Source of the DNA: Octopus sinensis
Taxonomy: Eukaryota
Reading direction: 5' to 3'
Assembly (NCBI RefSeq): GCF_006345805.1
Contig: NC_043003.1
Location: 7,936,001-8,000,000 of the forward strand
DNA: 64,000 nucleotides
A model generated the notes under the pieces. That model made no database searches, was not told the origin of the DNA, and worked only from the letters and a program-made list of their open reading frames with translations. The position numbers and the translations under genes were made by a program. Below are positions 26,072 through 39,108 of this stretch, piece by piece; position 1 is the first letter of the stretch, and each line of letters starts with the position of its first letter.

Positions 26072-26467
26072 TCTTTATATATAAAAGTGAAGTTGGGTAT
26101 CTGTCTCCTACGATTTAGATTCCTAACTACTCCCACATTTTGCGGTGCAGTTTAACTAAAACCGGGTATCTTATAGTCATGATTCATATCGAGCCCTTCT
26201 GGGTATTAGCGCGCGTCTACGATGAGTCTACGATTTAAAAAAAATTACCATCATTTTTTTCCATTTTAATGCATTTTTTCGCTATTATATAAGGGAAGTA
26301 ACTCTCTAAAAATGTCTACGATGAGTCAACGATTTAAAAAAAAACTTACCATAATTTATTTTCCATTTTTAATGCATTTGTTTGCTATTTTTTGGCTATA
26401 ACTCTCTAAAAATGCTTATATAGTTATTTCCCTTACAAACCCGAGCAACGCCGGGCGATACTGCTAG
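26072..26467 (+). mobile_element. Non-autonomous Helitron (same family)
   Basis: A|TCTTTATATATAAAAG ... CCCGAGCAACGCCGGGCGATACTGCTAG|T. Confidence 0.87.
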
Positions 26468-27949
26468 TACCCAATATATCCCTGCTCTTCTCACAACTAC
26501 AACAGCATTCGAAATTCCCCTTCTAGTCTGTAAAATATGTTACGTAGTTTTATGTTTTCTCATTCCATAACACTGCACGATTTCCATTATGTGTTTCTTA
26601 AATATTAAATCACTTAAATGTTATTTGCTCTTGTTATGCATTCGCTGAAAATCTGGTAATATTATCTCTTTCTTATGATATTCCTCATTTAACCGATATT
26701 ACAGTTATGAAACGTGTAATATGACGTGTGATAAATTAAATAATTTATGATCTAACTCACCACTTGTATTATACATGCATACAAACATACATACATACAT
26801 ACATAAATGCATAAATACATACATACATATATTCATACATAGCTATATATGTGCGAGTGTTTGTATGTGAGTGGACATATGTGTATTGATATATATAATC
26901 CTCTGTCGTTTATATATGATAGGGATTATTATATCGTGATAATAAATAACATAGATTATATGAGAATGCTGCTGAATTTTCATATCACATGAGTAAAGGA
27001 AAATGTAAAGGAACGGTGATTAATGTTCTACATGTATGGTATGAAGAACTGTAATTAATACATACATAATACATACATACATACATACATACTAAGGCTA
27101 ACACACACATATATTCGCAGACAACAGACACATACACGCACACACCTCTGTCTCTCTCTTTTTCTCACACAGTCACACGTATAGGTTTATAAGTAATAGC
27201 GTAAAGATTCTGTCACATTTTTAATTAAATTTCAATTCTCCCTTTCTGCACAATAAGCTCTACTCATCACTATATATCATTCACTTGTCACAAGCAACCG
27301 TTGACGAGGCTTTATTAAAGAAGCGCGAAAATGTTGGTGAGCGAAAGTGTTACAACAGAAGTGTGAAGTTTTAGAAATGGAAGAGATATGAGCTTTCTAA
27401 TATCTTGCATGAGAAAGAAAAGCATTGAATATTGGAATAGAGGAAGTTGAGTGGGCAGGAACAGAAAGCAGTGTATATATGTATGTATGTTTGTATGTAT
27501 GTATGTATGTATGTATGTATGTATGTATGTATGTATGTATGTATGTATGTATGTATGTGTGTATGTGTGTGCGTGTATGTATGTATGTATGTATGTATAT
27601 ATATATATATTGTTTTCGTATACATTCAATGCATTTTTCCAAGGAACCTAATGCTCTTAGCTTAGCTTTTCCTTGGGGCTGGCCAGATTGGAGCAATCTC
27701 AAGATTAATCAGTCGAAATTGCGAGGATGATCCGGTTCTTGACTGAGGATAAAAGGCTTCGAATGATTCGTCCTTGTTTTTTTGTATTGTCTATCTAGAT
27801 GATTTCTTGTCCATTTTTGTATCACATAGTTGCCTGGATGTTTTGCGTTCTTGTCCCATTTTGTTTTTTTGTATATGTATATATATATATTGAAATATAT
27901 GTAGCTATATATGATGATTGCTGTTTCTTTTCAGAAAATTGCTATCTCG

Positions 27950-28830
27950 TCAAAAGTTATAGATGTGTACTGACACTTAAGGTTATAGATGTGTAACTGA
28001 CACTTAAGGCCGGCCCAAGAACTGCATGTTTCTCCAAATATATGGCACCGAAAACGAAAATTATGGCCCTGATGATGAGAGTTACACTGTCTGGTAACAC
28101 CTCTTCAAGAACGACAAATTCTTCCACAGACATGGCCACCAAAGTTGCCTTGCCGCTGCGGCAGCAGATCATCAACGTTAGCCCGTCTCTCTCTTACTAC
28201 AAACGACTTTTGGCTATTAAATAGATTCGCTGTAGAATACAGTTCTCTGTTGTACATATTGCTTTTAAATTCTGGATGGAAATATTCTGAAATCTCTCTC
28301 ACCAGGATCTATTGAGCTCTGCATCTTCAACACGCTTTGTCTGACGCATCTTGCTATCATCTTCTCAGATTTCCAGTCTCTAATCTCTGTATTCTGAATC
28401 TTCAAATGTTTCTTAACAGTATCTTTGAAACGCTTCTTTGGTTTATGATTTGGTTTCTTATATTTAAAACCATCTGTAAAACAGCTTCTTGAGCATCCTG
28501 GTCTCACCGACCCTATGAATACATATATGTGCGTGTGTAGGTGTGTGTGTGTCCATTTCTGTGTGCGCTCCCCTCTCTCTCTCTCTCGCATTTCTTGACC
28601 CTCTCTTTCGTTAACTCATACTATTTCCCACTCGTTTATCTCCCCTGTACCTTTCTCTTTGTCTGATTTTTTTTCCAATCCTTCAATCCCGCTGTCCCCT
28701 ACCGTCTCCCTTCCTTCCACGTGACCAGTGTTCGGCCAGTCATGATCTTTCTTTCTTGGCCTGACTACCGACTGCCAACACCTTTTGTGCCCATCTTCCA
28801 TGTTCCAGCCTTTAGGCTTTCACTTCATTT
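27950..28830 (-). mobile_element. Internally deleted RTE-like LINE
   Basis: LKAGTW..GT..ERK (endonuclease start), KPKKRFKDTVKKHLK, CGRICRS zinc-finger-like end, duplicated 3' tail (AAGTGTCAGTTACACATCTATAAC) x2. Confidence 0.6.
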
Positions 28831-29106
28831 GTTTGTTTGTTTGTCTTTGTTGCCGTACACATTCGCTAGCTTTCTTACAAAGGAGTCCAATGCTCTTAGC
28901 TTAGACATTTTATGGAGACAACCAGATCGAACCATCTCAAGTGTAACTACCCGAAATGGTCGTGACTTCTGGTACTTGACTGATGAAAGAAAGCCAAGAA
29001 TGTCCCGTTTTCTTTTTGCCTGTCCTCCTAATTTTTTCTCTTGTCCGCCTTTGTATTTTCTATCTATCCGAACGTTTTAATGCCCTCTATTTTGCGTGTT
29101 CCATTG

Positions 29107-29189
<83 letters not shown>

Positions 29190-29410
29190 ATATGTATGTA
29201 TATATATATATATATTATATATATATATATATATAATAATAAATATTAGGGAATAAATCCAAATTTACAGGGAAAAAATCAGATTTAGGAATAAATCCAT
29301 TTTATAGTAAAATATTATATAATATTAATTCGAGACAAAACCACTATTTTGCAAATCAAACAAAGACTTAATCAATACATAAAAAATTTTAATATAAAGT
29401 AAATAAATCG

Positions 29411-29454
29411 CCACTACAATTGTTTCATGTCTTCAAATGACATTCGTCAGATGG
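29411..29454 (-). ncRNA. Type I minimal hammerhead ribozyme (intact core)
   Basis: CCAT-CTGACGA-ATGTC atttgaa GACAT-GAAAC AATT GTA|GTGG. Stem III ACAATTGT is a perfect palindrome. Confidence 0.85.
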
Positions 29455-29521
29455 ATTTCCGATCTTCTAGTCAGTTTTAATTTATGACTTCATAAATTAA
29501 AACTGACTAGAAGATCGGAAT

Positions 29522-29565
29522 CCACCTGTCGAATGTCATTTGAAGACATGAAACAATTGTAGTGG
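29522..29565 (+). ncRNA. Hammerhead ribozyme copy with core change CTGTCGA
   Basis: CCAC-CTGTCGA-ATGTC/GACAT-GAAAC AATT GTA|GTGG. Confidence 0.7.
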
Positions 29566-30179
29566 CGATTTATTTACTTTATATTAAAATTTTTTATGTA
29601 TTGATTAAGTCTTTCCTTGTTTGATTTGCAAAATAGTGGTTTTGTCTCGAATTAATATTATATATATATATACATATATATATATACATGTGTGAATATG
29701 CAGTCATGTATGTATATAAATGCATAAAGTTGTATGCATATTGGCATGCTCGCCCATAAATAGAAATTGGAGGAGGAAATAAATTTATTCAATGCATCGC
29801 TCCTTTCATTTGCGTGGTTTCCGACAGACCAGAATCTTTCCATTGCTTAACACACAGAATATTTACAGCCACCACAGTGACTACAAAATGTTTAGTAAAA
29901 GTACAGTCGTAAATTGTTTGCCCTTGTATTGATAATAAGTTGGTTCAACATCAAAAGTCAACAGAAGAATCATGCAGATACAGAAGCATATAAGAATACT
30001 TACTTCTTCAATAAATAGCTCCGTGACTTCCCTCTGATATACAGAAGCAATGTCTCGTCACTCGATAATATAGACTTTCATCTATAAAATACAGTTATCG
30101 AAGAGGTCGTCTCCTTTTGGCATTCAGAAAGAAAATAATTCAGAAAACGTAAAAATAAACGTTTCTGTTGTTGAAAATT

Positions 30180-30415
30180 CGGCCTCATATAAATTCTGGT
30201 CCGATTTACACAAACAAAAACTTGGAAAGACAGCTTGCCATTTAACTATCTAAATAAAACTTGAGTTCAGAGACTGATAATACTGACATTTGTAATATCG
30301 TCCGGTCTATTATAGAAACACATCCTCCCATCCACTGCATTAATAACTCCAGAAAATTTGAACAAAAGAACTGAACTGGTGAATTTTTGTAAACATATCC
30401 GTTGTTATTTACCAA
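30180..30415 (+). pseudogene. Decayed PLE endonuclease C-terminus
   Basis: LNKRTELVNFCKHIRCYL matches the PLE terminal motif LNKRSEL...CRH. Confidence 0.45.
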
Positions 30416-30579
30416 GGAATTTCTACGTAGAAATAGAAAAGGTTATTTCCAAAATATTTCCAACATAATACGATTAGAATACTCTGAAATAGCATCACGT
30501 ATTGACATAGACGTTGAGTTCTTTATTAATAATAAAATCACATTAACTATAGTCACCTTTCTCGTGTGTTTTAGACATA

Positions 30580-30975
30580 TCTTTATATATAAAAGAAAGG
30601 TTGTGTGTCTGTCTACTCCGATTTAGATTCCGAACTACTCCCACATTTTGCGATGCAGTTTAACCAAAACCGGGTATCTTATAGTCGTGATTCATATCGA
30701 GCCCTTCTGGGTATTAGCGCGCGTCTACGATGAGTCTACGATTAAAAAAATATTTACCTTCATTTTTTTCCATTTTAATGCATTTTTTCGCTATTATATA
30801 AGGGAAGTAACTCTCTAAAAATGTCTACGATGAGTCAACGATTTTTTAAAAAATGTACCATCATTTTTTTCCATTTTTAGTGCATTTTTTTGCTATTTTT
30901 TGGCTATAACTCTCTAAAGATGCTTATATAGTTATTTCCCTTACAAACCCGAGCAACGCCGGGCGATACTGCTAG
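30580..30975 (+). mobile_element. Non-autonomous Helitron (same family)
   Basis: Same termini and body as 26072-26467. Confidence 0.87.
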
Positions 30976-31282
30976 TGGTAATATAAACAGGAAAGTGGAA
31001 TGACATATCGACTGTTGTGAGAATATTACCTGTTGTAATTGAATAGATTAGCGTGAAATATATTTTCTAGGGGGGTTTTTTTGGCTATTAGTCACACCTA
31101 CGTAACGAATGAAATTTAAATTTGTTCATGCGTGTTTCTATATTGTGACAGTTTCTCTGATTTAGTCGGCTGAATAAATGTCACCGTGAAACTTTGGGTA
31201 ATAAGTGAAGAAGATTTAAATCTTAACATATAAAACCGGCTACTGTTTTAAGCGCAATGCGTATTATAAATATCTGTGTCTG

Positions 31283-31334
<52 letters not shown>

Positions 31335-31449
31335 CTATTGATAAATACACATAGTTATTAGAACTGCTCACCAACCAGCGATCCGGCCATTCTGCTAGCA
31401 GCCAAATATCCAACGCAGGATGTTCATGGCTGCAGTTCTGTGTGTATTG

Positions 31450-31945
31450 GTCATATTGACCTTCAGTTTAATAATAGACATACTTGCAGATAGAATTAGA
31501 TCAACGCATATTTAGGGCATGTGGTGATTTGCAGCAAGTTTCAACAAAGTAAAGATTTCTCAAGACCAACCTAATTGGGAGAAAACCATATTTTCTCAGA
31601 TCGGAAAACCGTTTACGGAGTCTAAAACGGATTGTTTTGAGTCATTCCCGTTGTTAACAGTTCTATTAGCATTTCTGATCGGAAAAGAATATCCTCAGGA
31701 AACCACTTCCGATATGTCTAACCATCCTTTGCAACGGCTGAAAACCACATCGTGAACGTGAGATCTTGATCAAAATCGCATTTTTCCTTAGCTGTCAAAG
31801 TATCCAACAGCTCTTACCTGACAAAGATTATACATCTTATTTTTCTTCACCTTGCACCTAGCAGCAGGTGCGGCTCATATGGAGTTGTGTGGGCATGTTT
31901 CGGGCTGTATTCTTCGTAATTCTCAACAACTAGGAAACTACCTCG
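31450..31945 (+). pseudogene. Decayed RTE-like LINE RT C-terminal fragment
   Basis: Broken frames give ELDQRIFRACGDL and CGHVSGCILRNSQQL, resembling the RTE motifs EI..RI.KA...F and W.GHV.RM...R.P.QL. Confidence 0.4.
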
Positions 31946-31974
31946 TAATTTAGTCTCATCAGCAAGGTGTTCTT

Positions 31975-32680
31975 ATTTGTACGTGTGTATGAATGTATGC
32001 ATGTATGTATCTACGTTTGTTTGTATGTATGTATGCATGCATGTATGTATGTATGTATGTATGTATGTATGCATGTATGCATGTATGTATGTATGTATGT
32101 ATGTACGTATGTATGAATGTATGCATGTATGTATCTACGTTTGTTTGTATGTATGTATGCATGCATGCATATATGTATGTATGTATGTATGCATGCATGC
32201 ATGTATGTATGTATGTATGTATGCATGCATGCATGTATGTATGTATGTATGTATGTATGTATGTATGTATGTATGCATGCATGCATGTATGTATGTATGT
32301 ATGTATCTACGTTTGTTTGTATGTATGTATGTATGCATGTATGAATGTATGTATGTATGTATGTATGTATGTATATATGTATGTTTGTATGTATGTATGT
32401 ATGTATGTATATATGTTTGTTTGTATGTATGTATGTATGTATGTATGTATATTTGTTTGTTTGTATGTATGTATGTATGTATCTACGTTTGTTTGTATGT
32501 ATGTATGTATGTATGTTTGTTTGTATGTATGTATGTATGTTTGTTTGTATGTATGTATGTATGTATGTATGCATGTATGCATGTATGTATGTATATATGT
32601 ATGTATGTGTGTATGTATGTATGTATGTATGTATGTATGTATGTATGTATGCATGTATGTATGTATGTGTATGCTTATAT
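31975..32680. repeat. Compound (TATG)n microsatellite
   Basis: Direct inspection. Confidence 0.97.
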
Positions 32681-33139
32681 ATATAAGCTCCTTTCCATTT
32701 GTAATTACTTTAGATCTTATCGCAATGAAGGAGCTTGTTTTTGAAAAAAAATTAAAACTCCATTGCTTAAATTTGAATAACAACAACGATAAATGTCAAA
32801 TGTTGAACTTTATAAAAATCTTGCATATTTTTATTGTTCAGCATACAGAATGTTTTTGCAAAGTAAATGTTAGCGTATTACTTTCTTTGCCTAGGTACAC
32901 TAATAATTATTAGAACAAACATGAATTTACAATCAGAGTAGAGAAACTGCATCTTAAGGAGCATTTGACAACAAATATTGTTGATCACGAATGTTTTCGT
33001 TGAAGATGTTTGCAAAACAACTGACCTGCATGACTGAATGCAATTTCTCTATTCCGCCCTTAACAGGAATCAAGCGTGTTATGTCAGCCGTTATCAGACG
33101 TTTGGACGGAAATATTTGACTAATATTTCATTTGGCGAG

Positions 33140-33177
<38 letters not shown>

Positions 33178-33179
<2 letters not shown>

Positions 33180-33480
33180 AAGCGCAATGGCCCAGTGGTT
33201 AGGGCAGCGGACTCGCGTTCGTAGGATCGCGTATTCGATTCCCAGACCGGGCGTTGTGAATGTTTATTCGGCAAAAACACCTAAAGCTTCACGAGGCTCC
33301 GGCAGGGGGGGGGGGCGATCCCTGCTGTACTCTTTCGCCACAACTTTCTCTCACTCTTTCTTCTGTTGGCCAGCTCGCTTAGCCAGCGGGGTGGCGTCAT
33401 GTGAAGGTTAAAACAATGCGAAGCGCATTGTGACCAGCGATGTGTAGCAACATGTGATAGCCTGGTCGGTCACGGTGATA
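33178..33480 (+). mobile_element. Family-C tRNA-derived SINE, full length
   Basis: TGGCCCAGTGGTTAGGGCAGCGG (A box), TATTCGATTCCC (B box), 3' end GTCACGGTGA|(TA)n. Confidence 0.85.
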
Positions 33481-33679
33481 TATATATATATATAAGGTTA
33501 AAACAATGCGAAGCGCATTGTGACCAGCGATGTGTAGCAACATCTGATAGCCTGGTCGGTCACGGTGATATATATATATATCACCGTGACCGACCAGGCT
33601 ATCAGATGTTGCTACACCTCGCTGGTCACAATGCGCTTCGCATTGTTTTAACCTTCAAATGACGCCACCTATATATATA

Positions 33680-33747
<68 letters not shown>

Positions 33748-34836
33748 GTAGTATGTATGTATGCATGTATGTATGTATATTTCATAACAGGATCATTGTC
33801 AACATTTATCCCTACAGATGATATTTAAAGCAATGGGCGGTGGCACCTTGATGTTTTTTTACCCTACTGATTATATGTGAAATTCCAAGGAAATTGACAT
33901 TCTGTTTGCATTTCGCTGTTTCAAGGCTTCACCGATTATTTCGTCATTTGGTACTTTCTTAGCTACCACTTGCTCTAGATTTACAAAAAAAAACAACATA
34001 TAATTTCAGACGTGATGCACTCGAAAGGTTACAAAGTTAAACTTCATATAATTATTATTATTAATATCATTAGTATTCGGGAAACATACTTATATATAAC
34101 ACTTTTGATAGTACCCAAAGTATTTTTCTTGCAGATGTTTATTGATTATGCTCGTCGGAGAATTCTGGGTTTGCACGAGAGATATTTGTAGATTGAATTC
34201 TTCTTCCGTCTTCTACCGACTCATTGAATTTAATTTTCCTCAATTTTGAATACTTGGTCGATGCCATTAATTTTGCTACCGTTGTTTAACTAATGCTGTG
34301 TGATATCTTTCAACACGCGTGGGTATTTGCCGAACAATTAAGGATAAAATACATTATGCGAAAGATTAAACTGATTAAAACATCGTCTACATGTAAACAT
34401 TAAAACTATCTCCATTTCTAGAGAGTTTACCGATCCTCATTCAACTATTCATAGACTTCCGCAACAAAGAAGATGTCGACAGCAATGCTTATGTTATCCA
34501 GGAAAATGATCAGAGATGGCTTGGTCACTAGAAGTCTCTAAAAGTAATTTCCGGAAAATAATGAGAAATAATGCAGCTATGATGCCTTGGAAGGCGATGT
34601 TCATCGAAGCCTTGTTTATTAAACGGTCTTCCGCACTTACTAAATCATTGTGGAGCGCTTTCTCTCGAATGTAAATAAAAAACAAATATAGCCGAATTTC
34701 ACTTTAGATAGACACGCTTTATTCAGATATAAAGAGCTGTAGCAATGACTTGGAATACATATGTATGACGATAGGTGGCGTTGCATGCAATTCTGCAGTC
34801 AGTTTGTCATCCTATCTTTGACATCACAACGACTGT

Positions 34837-34887
<51 letters not shown>

Positions 34888-35809
34888 TATCAAAACAATT
34901 TTTTTTTCGTTTCGGCTCTACTTTTTCTTTATCCAAGTTGCTAAATAAACTGTTCAGTTTTTTTTTTTTTCCACTTGACTTAATATTTTTCCTAAAGATT
35001 CGGTTTTTCAATCCTAAATATCAACAGGGATCTGACTGCATTAACGAAAGTCATATTCGAAAGGATCGCCGACTAAACATTAAACCGACGTCTCCTACGT
35101 AAAATCATCTACACGCGCATATAAATGCACGCATATATACATGCATGCAAGCATGCACACACATACACACATACTTACGGCGAGCAAAAGTCATGCGTTA
35201 TTTCAGAGATCAGATCACAATTGGAAGAAAATCGAAGCATACATACATACATACATACACACCCACACACGTGTGTGTGCGTTTGGGTGTGTGTGCGTGC
35301 CTTTGGTCTAATTGCTAATACAATTCTCCACGAGTATATTATTGTATGTCATCTTTGCGACAATGTCATACTTCATTGGAGGATAGTATCTTGTGGGAAG
35401 CCGCTTATGATATTAATGATATTTGTTTGGCCCGATCGAGACTTTCTATTAAAGTTTTAGGGACATCCTTATCTCCTCTGATCTGTACGAATACTTTTTT
35501 CACTCCTAAATATTTATAATTGAATGTAAATTCCTTACTTACTATAATTTATTAGTTTCTTTTGCATATTCTTAGTTTATGCATGTGTATGTAAATATAG
35601 TATTGGTATATCCCATTTATGTTCATTAGAAATTAAATAAATGAAGAATTTTGACATGTACGAATATTTATTTCCCCCCACTGTACATTTGAAACATATT
35701 TAAACAAGTGTCAAGTTTGTTTGCTTTGAATCACTGCTTCGCGCATCTGCTCGCGAATTTGTTCTAGCCTGGCAACCAAAGTGCGCTGCCGATAAATGAT
35801 ACTGTTTCA

Positions 35810-36030
35810 TCTCTTATTATAAAAGGCAGATTTTATCTGCCTCCCTTTGGGAGTTATACAAATCTACAATATAGGATTTCTTCAATTACAATTTACCTTG
35901 CATTTTTAAGAGTACAATGCATCGCGTCATGCCAGGTCCAGTTTTTAAAATTTAAACTCCAATTAAGCAAAATTTACAGAAAACTCACATTCTGGTGTGT
36001 GTGTCAAATGCTTTTCTTAGTCTGGTTTAC
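35810..36030 (+). mobile_element. Possible 5' part of another Helitron family
   Basis: A|TCTCTTATTATAAAAGG start resembles the Helitron 5' end. No CTAG end found. Confidence 0.3.
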
Positions 36031-36277
36031 AGCACACGCAAACGCACACACACAGTGGGCAACGAATAAAATGAAAGTAATTGACTTTCAACACATAGAC
36101 ACGCAAATATATAAATAAAATTGTAAGCTAACGTGCGTGTGTGTGAGTGGTGTGTGTGGTGTGCGCGCGTGTGTGTGTGTGAGGGTGCGTGTGTGTGTGT
36201 GTGTGTGCGTGTGCGTGAGTGTGTGACAGGAAAGTTTTTTACGACGAATATAACACCTATATCCAAGTAGCAGAAAG

Positions 36278-36755
36278 ATAAGACAGTAAGGTGTGATTTG
36301 AGGGAGATTTGGCTGCTATTTCTACCATGTCTAGCTGCCATGTAGGGGTCTCCCTCATAGGCTCATACATACATATATACATAGATAAGACAGTAAGGTT
36401 GTGATTTGGGGGAAATTTGGCTGCTATTTCTACAGGTCTAGCTGCCATGTAGGTGTCTCCCTCATAGGCTCATACATACATATAAACATCGATAAGACAG
36501 TAAGGTGTGATTTGGGGGAAATTTGGCTGCTATTTCTACCAGGTCTAGCTGCCATGTAGGGGTCTCCCTCATAGGCTCATACATACATATATACATAGAT
36601 AAGACAGTAAGGTGTGATTTGGGGGAAATTTGGCTGCTATTTCTACCAGGTCTAGCTACCATGTAGAGGTCCCCCTCATTGGCTATATATATATACATAC
36701 ATAAGACAGTAAGGTGTGATTGAGGAGATTTGGCTGCTGTTTCTACAGGTCTGTT
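36278..36755 (+). repeat. Tandem repeat, ~106 bp unit x ~4.5
   Basis: ATAAGACAGTAAGG recurs at 36278, 36385, 36492, 36598 and 36701. Confidence 0.92.
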
Positions 36756-37117
36756 AGGCCTTCTCATGTAAACTCAAGCTTTCTCATGCCTTGAACATAA
36801 GACCAAAGCAGAGAATGTATTCTTTTATTCTTCTGCTTTTTCCAGCCATTGGTCTGTGGCCATGCTGGGGCAATGCCTTGAAGAATTGTAGTTAATGAAT
36901 CAACTCCAGTTTTATTTTTGTAAGCATTGTACTTATTCTATCTGTTTCCTTTGTCAAACCACTAGGTGACAGGGATGTAAAAACAAACCAACATTCGTTG
37001 TCAAGCAGTGGTGGAGGACAATCACAAGCACAGACACGCACACACACACACACATACATGCATACACATATACACACACACATCATACATACATATATAT
37101 GTGTGTGTATATATATA

Positions 37118-37437
37118 TTGCAGCCTGGAAGGTGTTCTAAGCCATTTAAGAAACACACAAAAACCGTTACATTCACTTCAACATTTAAATTTAATTTGCC
37201 AAAATATTTTCGTCGCTTTGAGACCGCGACCTGTTCACTGACAAAAATATCGTGCTAACAGGTCGCGGTCTCAAAGCGACGAAAATATTTTGACAATTAA
37301 ATTTAAATGTTGAAGTGAATCTAACGGTTTTGTGTGTTTCTTAAATGGCTTATAAACACCTTCAACGCTGCAACTGTTTTCGTTCCAGCACACGATCTCA
37401 GATCAAGTCAGTTGCTATGCAAGTACATCTCTGTAAC
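37118..37437. mobile_element. Small inverted-arm insertion carrying the variant HHR
   Basis: 37118-37236 is inverted to 37257-37373. The right arm extends a further ~65 bp. (TA)n on both sides. Confidence 0.75.
37195..37245 (-). ncRNA. Hammerhead-like fold with G3-C8 swapped core (GUGAACA)
   Basis: TTTGTCA-GTGAACA-GGTCGC ggtctcaaa GCGAC-GAAA-ATATT-T|TGGCAAA. Stem I is 7 bp, stem II 5 bp, stem III AATATT is palindromic. Confidence 0.65.
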
Positions 37438-37529
37438 TATATATATATTTTTTATATATATGTATATTGGTAAAAACAGTAGATAACAAAAGAAAGAAAG
37501 AGACCTCAATATTATGTAAATAGAGGAAA

Positions 37530-37923
37530 TCTTTATATATAAAAGTGAGGTTGTGTGTCTGTCTCCTACGATTTAGATTCCTAACTACTCCCACATTTTG
37601 CGGTGCAGTTTAACCAAAACCGGGTATCTTATAGTCGTGATTCATATCGAGACCGTCTGGGTATTAGCGCGCGTCTACGATGAGTCTAAGATTTAAAAAA
37701 AAAATTACCATCAATTTTTCCCATTTTAATCCCTTTTTGACATATATAAGGGAAGTAACTCTCTAAAATTTATTATTAAATCTCAGAACGTAAAAAGCTA
37801 CAGTAATACCCCTCCCCCTTTGTGGTTAGCCATATTGAGATGGCTATTATACTTTACATCTCTAAAAATGCTTATATAATTATTTCCCTTACAAACCCGA
37901 GCAACGCCGGGCGATACTGCTAG
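37530..37923 (+). mobile_element. Non-autonomous Helitron (same family)
   Basis: Same termini; internal module matches the 720-1116 copy. Confidence 0.87.
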
Positions 37924-38919
37924 TTTCCGATAAAGGAAACAAAAATTCCTTACCTCTTGAAAGTTGCCTCTCTTGATATCTGGTGCTGAAGAAAACCAAA
38001 GGGTTTCTAAATGCATCCTCTCGCCCGAAAGACAGCGGTCTGAGCTGACTAGGATATTCTAACACCCTTTTGCCTTAAGAAAGAGCTTTTAACCGCCATG
38101 ACTCACTGTAGTGGAAACCCAGCACAGATTATTCAGATATCCCTCAAATATATTTGAATTGGTCTTCATTTTAAAAATATGTTTGGATTAAATAATTCTC
38201 ATATTCAAAGAAGTCCTAGCGTGTTAGATGTAATATATAAAACATTAATATCCAGTCCCCAGATATGTTAATTCTGTCAGCTCATAAACTCACCAGTAAA
38301 GGTTTCATCAGGGAAAATATTAAATACAAGATAACTAGCAGGCTATAAAACGAAAGAGATTGCTAGAATACCCAAACTGTTCTACCGATAATAAAATTTC
38401 GAAACTAGCAGTGTCTAGCACATAATTGATTAAATATTATGCTATAACAGACATTTTCTATCATGAAATTGTAATTTGCTTGTATTCTCAATACAGATAG
38501 GAAGAGAAAACATAAATGCTGAAGCAATTAATGAGCTATAACGGAGAGAAGCTAGAAAATGAAGCGGAGCTCAATAGAAAAAAGGTTGCAGTCTGATGTA
38601 TATTTGACAAATAGATACGGCAAGTTGTCATGTTGTTCACACACGGTGACTGATATGAGTGGTGTGTCTCCATGCTACTTCACTCTATGTTTGAGCGCAT
38701 CTCTATTACATACACGGGCACATTTACGCATAGCTTGCCTCATAGCATCTGATGAGGTGGATACGTCACACGCATCCATAGAACATTAAGTCTTTTCGAG
38801 CCGAGTCAAACTGTTTTTCTAAAATTATGTATCTTCTACCAAAATGTTCTGGGTGCTACATTCGTTTGTTCACTCCCTCCTATGCACACAGACACACACA
38901 GACACACACACACACACAC

Positions 38920-38963
<44 letters not shown>

Positions 38964-39108
38964 ACGGTTTTTTCACATAAACACTGTGCATGGCATTTGA
39001 ATTCAAAGCTTGGTTGTGTTGATAGAGGTGAAAGCATTTCTATTGCCGGTTGGGATTGACGCTATCAACAAGGTAAAATCTTGTTTTGATCTCTATCTTT
39101 AGGAATAT

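Larger units (their letters stand above)
29235..29660. mobile_element. Small palindromic HHR-bearing non-autonomous PLE-type insertion
   Basis: ~175 bp near-perfect inverted arms centred ~29488. The left arm has an ~80 bp extra outer extension. Flanked by (TA)n. Confidence 0.8.

Noticed and set aside
31959-32913. Long ORFs of 100-306 aa (MYVC/HTYI repeats), also at 59922-60576, 14424-15028 and 61055-61826
   Set aside because: They are translations of stop-free microsatellites.
38735-38800. CTGATGA followed by a good hairpin and GAAC..GTC
   Set aside because: GAAA is defective and no stem I pairing exists.
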